DNA of 64,000 nucleotides, taken from the NCBI RefSeq assembly GCF_009914755.1, contig NC_060930.1. One strand, given 5' to 3'. A model generated the notes under the pieces. It saw nothing but the letters and a program-made list of their open reading frames with translations, was not told where the DNA came from and did no database searches. Below, piece by piece: positions 45,951-64,000 of the stretch (positions within the stretch are counted from its first letter, which is position 1; the number at the start of each line of letters is the position of its first letter). Both the position numbers and the translations under genes were made by a program. This DNA is from the human T2T-CHM13v2.0 reference genome, Homo sapiens.

Positions 45951-46797
45951 TAAAACTGCATTTTGTTTTTTTTCTGTGAAACTACACAAGTTTACAAGTG
46001 AGGAGAGAACTGCCCCCGGCCCATGCCTCCCACCCCCCCACCCATCACACTTCCAACCTGTCCCCAGTCCTGCCCGGATCTTTAATGGGAGGGGTTCCCC
46101 ACTCTGACAGTCTTGTAAAATCCTGAGAATGTCTGAGGGGATCAGATGGTAGCTAGTTCAGGGCTGAGGATGGGACAGTGTTGATGTTACTTTTCCCCCA
46201 CATCTGGCTTTTTGCAACCTCCTCCCTCTCCCTACCCCTTGATTTTGGTGTGACAAAAAGATACCTCATTTATGGGGAAATTGAGGAAGATACATATACA
46301 AGCACCCCAACCCATATTTAACATATTTGGCAATAACTCCCTTCCCATTCTTCCCCCTCCAATTTTCAAATAGTAGTTTTTTAAAAAATTAAAGACATGT
46401 CACTCACAGGGGAAGATGGCATCTTCAATTTCCTCAAAATTACTGAGTCCAGCCCTGCCCAAGGGTTGTGGGAAGAAGGGGGATGAGAGGCCAGCAGGGC
46501 AAGCCCTTCACTGCCTCCACATCAAATGCGGCAGAAACCTGCCTGCATGAACAAAGAACACCTAAGGGATTTTAGGGGGCAAAGCTTGGTGCCCTGTAAA
46601 ATTTACTTCCTGATGGACAGGCCTGGAGCCAGGGGGGCCTCTTTACCAGTTCTGTTTGTCCCCCTTTCTCTTACCAGAACCCCTTTGGCTATCACCCCTA
46701 ATATGGGAAAGTAAGAAATAAAAAAAAAAGACAAGAAATCAACATATTTATAAAAAAAAAAACAAGCTACTTCCCCAAACTAAATTAAAAATTAAGA

Positions 46798-46853
46798 ACC
46801 ACCACCACCACCACCACCAACAACAACAAAAACAACAACAACAACAAAAAAAA
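46798..46853 (+). repeat. Compound (CAC)n(CAA)n microsatellite in the PBX2 3'UTR (GUU/GGU repeats in the mRNA)
   Basis: Directly visible. Confidence 0.9.
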
Positions 46854-47570
46854 CAGATGGATCCCAGGGTTTCTTTTTCTTTCTTTAAAAAAAAAAAAAG
46901 TTCAACCCCAAAGCCCAGTCAATAATTCCCTAAAGTAGCAGAAACTCCCTCCGAGGTAGATATCTGAGTCAGACACTCTCGTCCACCGAGCGATTCTATT
47001 GGTTTAAGATGAGCTGCGTATGAGGTAAGTAAGCCGTCCGGAGGGGCGGGGGTGGGGATGCATGGGGGCGTGGCCCATGTCCTCTGTCCAGAAGTCATGT
47101 CCCCATTTTTGGCATCTCTGATTGGGCAGGGCTGGCGTCTCCACAGATTCCAGAGCATACAAGTGGGGTGGGGAAGGGAAAGTGGGGGAGCCCAGGAGAG
47201 AAACAGAATAGTTGCAAGTGGGAGTATGTGTGTGTGAGGTGTGGGAGAGGGAGAGAGAAAGACAGAGGAGAAAAAGGGGTCTGAGAAATAGGTTTCTCGG
47301 TATGTGTATGTTTCTGTGTAAGAAAGAAAGCGAGAGAGGAAAAAGATGGAAAAAAGGGAGAGACAGACCCCACACTCCCCTTAGAGGCCCCATTCTTCCT
47401 GCCATGTAATTAGCACCCCCAGCACAGAGAGTCTCGTTAGGGAGGGGATGACCCCATTGGCCCTTCTCTGTCTTGTGCTTCTCCTGTATTGGGGTTTGTC
47501 CTCTGGAAGCCTGCGTCCTCTTCAAGTCGCCTTGTGAGAGCCCCCACCCCTGTGACCCTGAGGGGCAAGA

Positions 47571-51104
<3,534 letters not shown>

Positions 51105-51971
51105 AGCTGGGGGGGGGCCCTGAGGCCCCCTCCCTGCTCCGCCCCTCCCCCCGCCTGGTTACTTCTCCCCCCAAACTCGCTGGGGCCGCTGCTCCCTCCG
51201 CCCCAACCCCCGCCCGTCTGCCCCCGGCTCCCGGCTCCCCCGGGGGTTCACCCCGGCACTGAAGGGAGACCTGGGATACCGGCTGGGCCCCCCACAGGAG
51301 ACCCCGGCCCCCGGCGGCGGAGAAAATGGAGCCGGAGAGAGAGAGGAGGCCCAAGCGGGGGTGTGTGTGAGAGAGAGGGAGGAGGGAGGAGGGAGAAGGG
51401 GGGGGAGCGAGGGAGGGAGGCTGGGGGAGGGGAGCCGGAGAGGAAGAGGAGGGGAGAAGAGAGGAGGAACAGGGAGGAGCTGGGGGCGGAGAGAGAGACA
51501 CAGAAACAGAGGAACTGAGACCTAGTGGAGGAGGGGAGAGGGAAGAGGGGATGAGGGGAGGAGACGGGCCATCTGAAAGATATGGGAAAGCCCCCTGGCT
51601 GGACTTCCGCGGCCTAGGAGTGGGGCTGTGTTGGCGGCTGGGGGCGTCTGTCACCTGGGTCCTGAATCAGGGATCTAAGCGATGTGGACTCAGGCCGCTG
51701 GAATGCCTGGGTTCACCGGCAGCTCAGTTCATATTTCTTGTTCTAATGACTCCCCTCCCTGTTCTACTTAATTAAAACCGAAGAGGGGGGCTGGGGGAGA
51801 TAATTAGGGAGGTCTCCAGCCGCTGCTTAATGAGCCAGTAATTAACCAGCCGGGGAGGGGAGCTGGCCTCTGGCCAGACTGGGGAGAGAAAAGGCCTCTG
51901 GCCTCACCTTCCTACCTTTCACCCCGCCTGGGCCCCCCAGATACCAGTCTGCAGTCCAGAGGGGAATTATA

Positions 51972-51977
51972 TTTATT
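51972..51977 (-). terminator. GPSM3 poly(A) signal AATAAA
   Basis: tttatt on the + strand about 580 nt past the stop. Confidence 0.7.
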
Positions 51978-52554
51978 CACACAACCAAAACATCAGACAG
52001 ACTCAGCAGCAGTGGGGAGGGAGGGTGGGCAGGGCTGAAGGTCCATTCACAGCCCGTAAACCCCTCAGTCTCAGGGATCGGGGGTGCTGGTAGTGGGACT
52101 GGGAGAATAGTCTTAATCTCTCAGGTGCCCACCCACCTTCCCTTCTTACTGGGAGGAAGGGTAGAGCTGTCTCTCAGGTTATAACCTCTCAGGTGGAGGC
52201 CTGAGCCCTCAGACCCTACTGCCTAGTAGCTTGACAACTGGTGGTGTCCCCACAAGTTAGGGAAAAGACTCCCAGCCACTCCTTGAGATGGGTGCCTGGG
52301 ATCCCCCTTACTGCCTCAAGCTCCCATGGACCTGTGGGCGGGGAGTTAAATCCCTGTTCCATCTCGCCTGTTCCCAGAGTTTGAGGACTTTCACCCTGTC
52401 CAGTTCCCAGGGAAGGTGATGTGGGAGATGAATATTGAGATTTGTGCCGTGTCTTTCAGTCTCTGGTACCCCTGCCAAGCAAGAGTTGAGGGCATGCAAT
52501 GGGCTGCCCAGCTTTGAGACCAGTGGCAAGGAAGGGCTGGTTGGGGCTCAAGTC

Positions 52555-53702
52555 TCAGCAGGTGTGTGTGGGGGGCCGGGACCTTTGCTCCTCCATTCGA
52601 CCCCCACCCTGAACTCTCAGCAGCAACTCCAGGAGCTCTTGCCCCCCTGGAGGGAGGGGAGGCTCTGACCGCTGGGCTTCCATCCGCTGGCACTGGAGGA
52701 GTGGAGGGAGAGGGAGAGCTTTGGTGAGGGTCTGAGAGGAGGAGGTTCTTGAGAGGATCAAGGGTTGGTATGGGGAGGCATATAGGAAACCTGTGAAGGC
52801 GATGGGGTGCCTAGGGAGAAACAGGAGTAGAGCCCCAAAGAGAACAGGGGCCAAGAGACCAGGAGGCCTGGGTTTGCCTCCTGGGGGGATGTCTTACCTG
52901 GTGACTGAGGATAGTGCTGTAAAGCTGTTCTCTGTCCTCGAGAGGACGGAGTGGGGCAGGGGCTAGGCTTGAGGGGTTTTGGGGGGTGTAGAAGGTGGCC
53001 CTCTGCTCCTCCAGGCGGCGGGACTGGGCTTCAGCCACCAGGTCCAGAAGGAGTTCAGTCTGCAGGGAGAGCAGGGAGGCCGAGCGGGGTCCCAGGGCTG
53101 GGGAGAGGGGTGTGGAGGGCTCAGAGACCCAGAGAGGTTGGCAGACAGGAGCCGTGGGGGAGTGTGGACAGGGTGACGTGATTAGGGACTTTGGATCAGA
53201 GGAGAGGGGGTGCAATGGGGAATCCCAAGGGGAGTCTGGAGGAGGTGGGGAGAGGGCCCACAATGGAGTGGGCCTTGGTAATGGGGTCAGGATGTGGGCA
53301 CTAGGGTCGGGGCTCTCCCTGGGTGGGTAGGGGTACCTGTGTGGCGGGTCCCTGGAGGAGGAGGGGATGGAGGAGCAGATCGCCAAGGCCGAGTGGTGGA
53401 GTTTGGAGGGGGCCAGCCTTCCTCATCCTGAGGGGGGCCCTGATGCCAAAATATGTCCATTCTAGTCAAGCAGTGGTGGTTGAAGCGGGAGGAGTGGACA
53501 GGGGGCTAGGCCAGTGGCCCGTTTCCTCTCTGTGTGTCTCTGTTCCTGCCTCAGTTTGCCCAAGCCTTTCAAGGCCCCTGTGTCCCTACATTTCTGCCCC
53601 AGGTCCTCTCACCTCCCTTCTTTCCCAGTGTCAGCCTCCCCAACCCCGTGCCCAGCTCACCTGCTCACCATCCTCTTCTTCCTGGGGTCTCTCAGCCTCC
53701 AT
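52555..53702 (-). CDS. GPSM3: G-protein signaling modulator 3 (AGS4/G18; GoLoco motifs), 160 aa
   Basis: Coding exons 53702-53661, 53439-53337, 53097-52898, 52692-52555 (483 nt). Three GoLoco-like repeats ending SRRLEEQR, CQRMEAQR, GRMEEQR. Confidence 0.96.
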
Positions 53703-54117
53703 CCCCTAGAGGGGAGAAACTGGTGGGGGAGGGGTGGCTGGGATTTGGGAGGAGGGCTGGAACCTTGGGTTCCTGAGGGGAGTGGGGGCTGGAAGGGGTG
53801 GGGGTGAGCTGGGGGCTGGATGCCTGGGTACTGAGCAGGAAGCTGGGTTCCTGGTCAGCCCCCCCACGGGCCCCGCCCATCCCTGTCAACTTCCTCCATT
53901 CTCTTCCCACCCAAACAGCTTGTTCAGTCTCTCTCGCCCCAGGGCAGCACTGAGACTGGGAAAAACTCCTCCAGCTGCAGGAGTGGAGGGGGCTCATGGT
54001 GGGGAAGGACTCCTGGCGGTCTCATCTCCAGAGCCTCAGTAGTCCCCTAATCCCTGGCTCTGCTCCCTCCACCCCACCTCCTCTTCTGCTCTTTCTGTCA
54101 ACACAGGAACTAGCTAC

Positions 54118-54135
54118 ACAGGAAGTGGTTTCACT
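54118..54135. promoter_or_regulatory. ETS:RUNX composite-like site upstream of the GPSM3 coding exons
   Basis: ACAGGAAGTGGTTT contains GGAA and TGGTTT cores; fits hematopoietic expression of GPSM3 (inference). Confidence 0.4.
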
Positions 54136-54406
54136 CCTCAGAATCCCCCTCCCCCCAGCCAGGTCCCTTCCCTCCCTAAGATAGACCCTGGTGTAGGATT
54201 TGGCCCTCCCGATCTTCCCTCTTACTTACCGGGACTGGGAGGGGCATGGTTCCAGTGGGAAGTGGAGGATTCAGATCCAGGGATGTGGAGCTCTCAAATA
54301 TATACATAAAACCCTAGCACCGGGTCCAACACATAGTAAGTATTCAATATATATGTATTGAATAATCATCCCTGACCTCTAGGTATTTAAAATCTATTCA
54401 GGAGAT

Positions 54407-54965
<559 letters not shown>

Positions 54966-55484
54966 TGAAATGAAATTGAAAAGGGAGAGGACTACCTCTC
55001 TGGCTTGGTCTTTGATCAATGCTAATCAGGCTGGTTGGCATCAAGGAAGGAGCAGGGCAGACAACCATTTGGTACCTCTAAATGGCAACCTGTCATGTTA
55101 GGGAGTTTATAGCTGAGTGATTTGGAATGTGAAATGTGATGAAGAGATCTGGTCCTGCCGCTTATTCCTTGCAATCTTGGGCAGATCTCTGTGCCTCAAT
55201 TTCTGAGTGAAATAGGGTTTTAATAGCACCTACTTCATAGGGTTGATGTATTAATAATGTAATGAAGCACTTGATGCATAGTGAATACTTAATAAACTGT
55301 AGATATTATTGGCTTTCAAAATGCCTCATGACTCCATGTTTCAAACCTAGCAACATATTGCTGCAAGGTGGACAAAGTTTCAAGATACTCTCTCCATCTA
55401 CTTGACTTGTGGCCTTAGGAATCTCCTAAGTGGCCATAAGTAAAAGCCCTAGGATGAGGGACAAAGTGTGTGCATCATCTAGTG

Positions 55485-55813
55485 CAGTGGTCTCCTACCT
55501 TTTTGGCACCAGGGAAGAGTTTCGTGGAAGACAATTATTCCATGGTCGGTGGCGACGGAGGGCTGGTTTCAGGATGAAACTGTTCCACCCCAGATCATTA
55601 GGCATTAGATTCCCGTAAGAAGCGAGAAACTTAGATCCCTTGCATGCACAGTTCACAATAGGGTTCGAGTTCCTATGAGAATTTAATGCTTATGCTGATC
55701 TGACAGGAGGTGGAGCTTGGGCAGTAATGCTTGCTCACCTCCTGCTGTGTGGCCCAGTTCCTAAGAGGCCATGGACCAGTACCAGTCTGTGGCCCAAGGG
55801 TTGGGGACCCCTG
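55485..55813 (+). mobile_element. MER1B-like hAT-Charlie MITE with 8-bp TSD
   Basis: Termini cagtggtctcctacc / ggttggggacccctg; TSD atctagtg (55477-55484) / acctagtg (55814-55821). Confidence 0.8.
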
Positions 55814-56048
55814 ACCTAGTGTGTGCGGTTTCTCCCTTGGCTACTAGATTCTTGCTTTCAGATAATACCCTAAATTATCATAGGGCCCCTAAATATACTT
55901 ATTCTTGCTTTTAAACTATACTTACATCCTCCATCCAATCCAAATGCTGAGCCAAAAGCACAAAATGCTGACATTATGCAGTCACTCCCATCTTTTTTCC
56001 CATTCTTCTCCCCAATTCCTCCAAAAAAAGGTAACACTTCAAATCAGC

Positions 56049-56054
56049 TTTATT
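56049..56054 (-). terminator. NOTCH4 poly(A) signal AATAAA
   Basis: tttatt on the + strand about 570 nt past the stop. Confidence 0.7.
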
Positions 56055-56625
56055 ATGGGTGACAGATTTAGGGTTCTTAAATAGCGATAGCAGTGGCTAG
56101 AAGAAGCGCTTCATCCCCACAGTGGAGTTCTTTGTTGTGAGGGGAGGGAATGCAAGGAGTCATCAGCGGGGGTGGCCCTTGGCCACTTTTCAGCACCTAC
56201 ACAGTGCCTGGCACATAGTAGGTGCCCAATAAATATTTGTCAGCCATTTGTGGGCAGTGGGGACAATGGATCATAGGGGCACCCTTTGGAAACCATATAT
56301 AGGAAAGAACATCTTACATCCCATATGCCTGCAATTCTTGGTTCCAACTTAGGGGTATTTCCACTCCACTCTGCCCTCCTGTGGCCTGTCTTATTTTCTG
56401 GAGGAGGACTGGGCCTGCCTCATCCTAGCATCTTAAACCCTCTTTCCAGAGCTGCAGCTTCTCCACGTGGAAGATGTCTGCTCTGGTGGGCATACATTCA
56501 TTTTAGGAGAGAAACTAAACTCACAACCCTTCATTTTGGGGGATCCATCTTAAAACCAGGAAGGCCTTCCAGCCTGCCTTTTAATGGGTAATCATTTTTG
56601 GAATTCCTCCCTACCATGTATTCTT

Positions 56626-63800
<7,175 letters not shown>

Positions 63801-64000
63801 CTGTGGAGGGGAGGGGAGATATTGGAGATGCAACTTGCATTATTCTTCCCGCTCTCTATCAAGCAAACTCTTGGGTTAAGACGGTGCAAGGGTCCTAGAT
63901 TCTCATATCTAAAAGGCGCCTCAGAGAGCATCAAGTTAATCATTTTGTGGATGTTGAAACCATGTCCTGTGGTAATTTCACACAATGACATATTACATTC

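Overview
Human genomic DNA from the gene-dense MHC class III region (6p21.3). Hand-splicing at GT-AG junctions gives intact CDSs of the expected lengths for PRRT1 (-, 306 aa), PPT2 (+, 302 aa), EGFL8 (+, 293 aa), AGPAT1 (-, 283 aa), RNF5 (+, 180 aa), AGER/RAGE (-, 404 aa), PBX2 (-, 430 aa) and GPSM3 (-, 160 aa). The last ten exons of NOTCH4 (-, 926 C-terminal aa) are also present. Two mirtron-type hairpins match MIR6721 and MIR6833 as I recall them. Bases 1-9 kb are Alu/L2/LTR/MER-rich intergenic DNA, and most short ORFs in the track are Alu-derived or antisense shadows. I see no new multi-gene system in this well-studied locus. The best unexplained signals are: (1) an inverted copy of unique Alu-flanking DNA in EGFL8 intron 1; (2) a duplicated ETS+RFX module fused to a 16-bp CRE palindrome inside NOTCH4; (3) a pre-miRNA-sized hairpin in the EGFL8 intron that appears to correspond to the miR-126 intron of EGFL7; (4) a 43-nt scrambled Alu patch in the PPT2 3'UTR; (5) a 10-CCAAT array plus a cryptic ~40-bp repeat at the AGPAT1/RNF5 bidirectional promoter; (6) overlapping EGFL8/AGPAT1 3' ends. 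Repeat boundaries and family names were judged by eye and are approximate.
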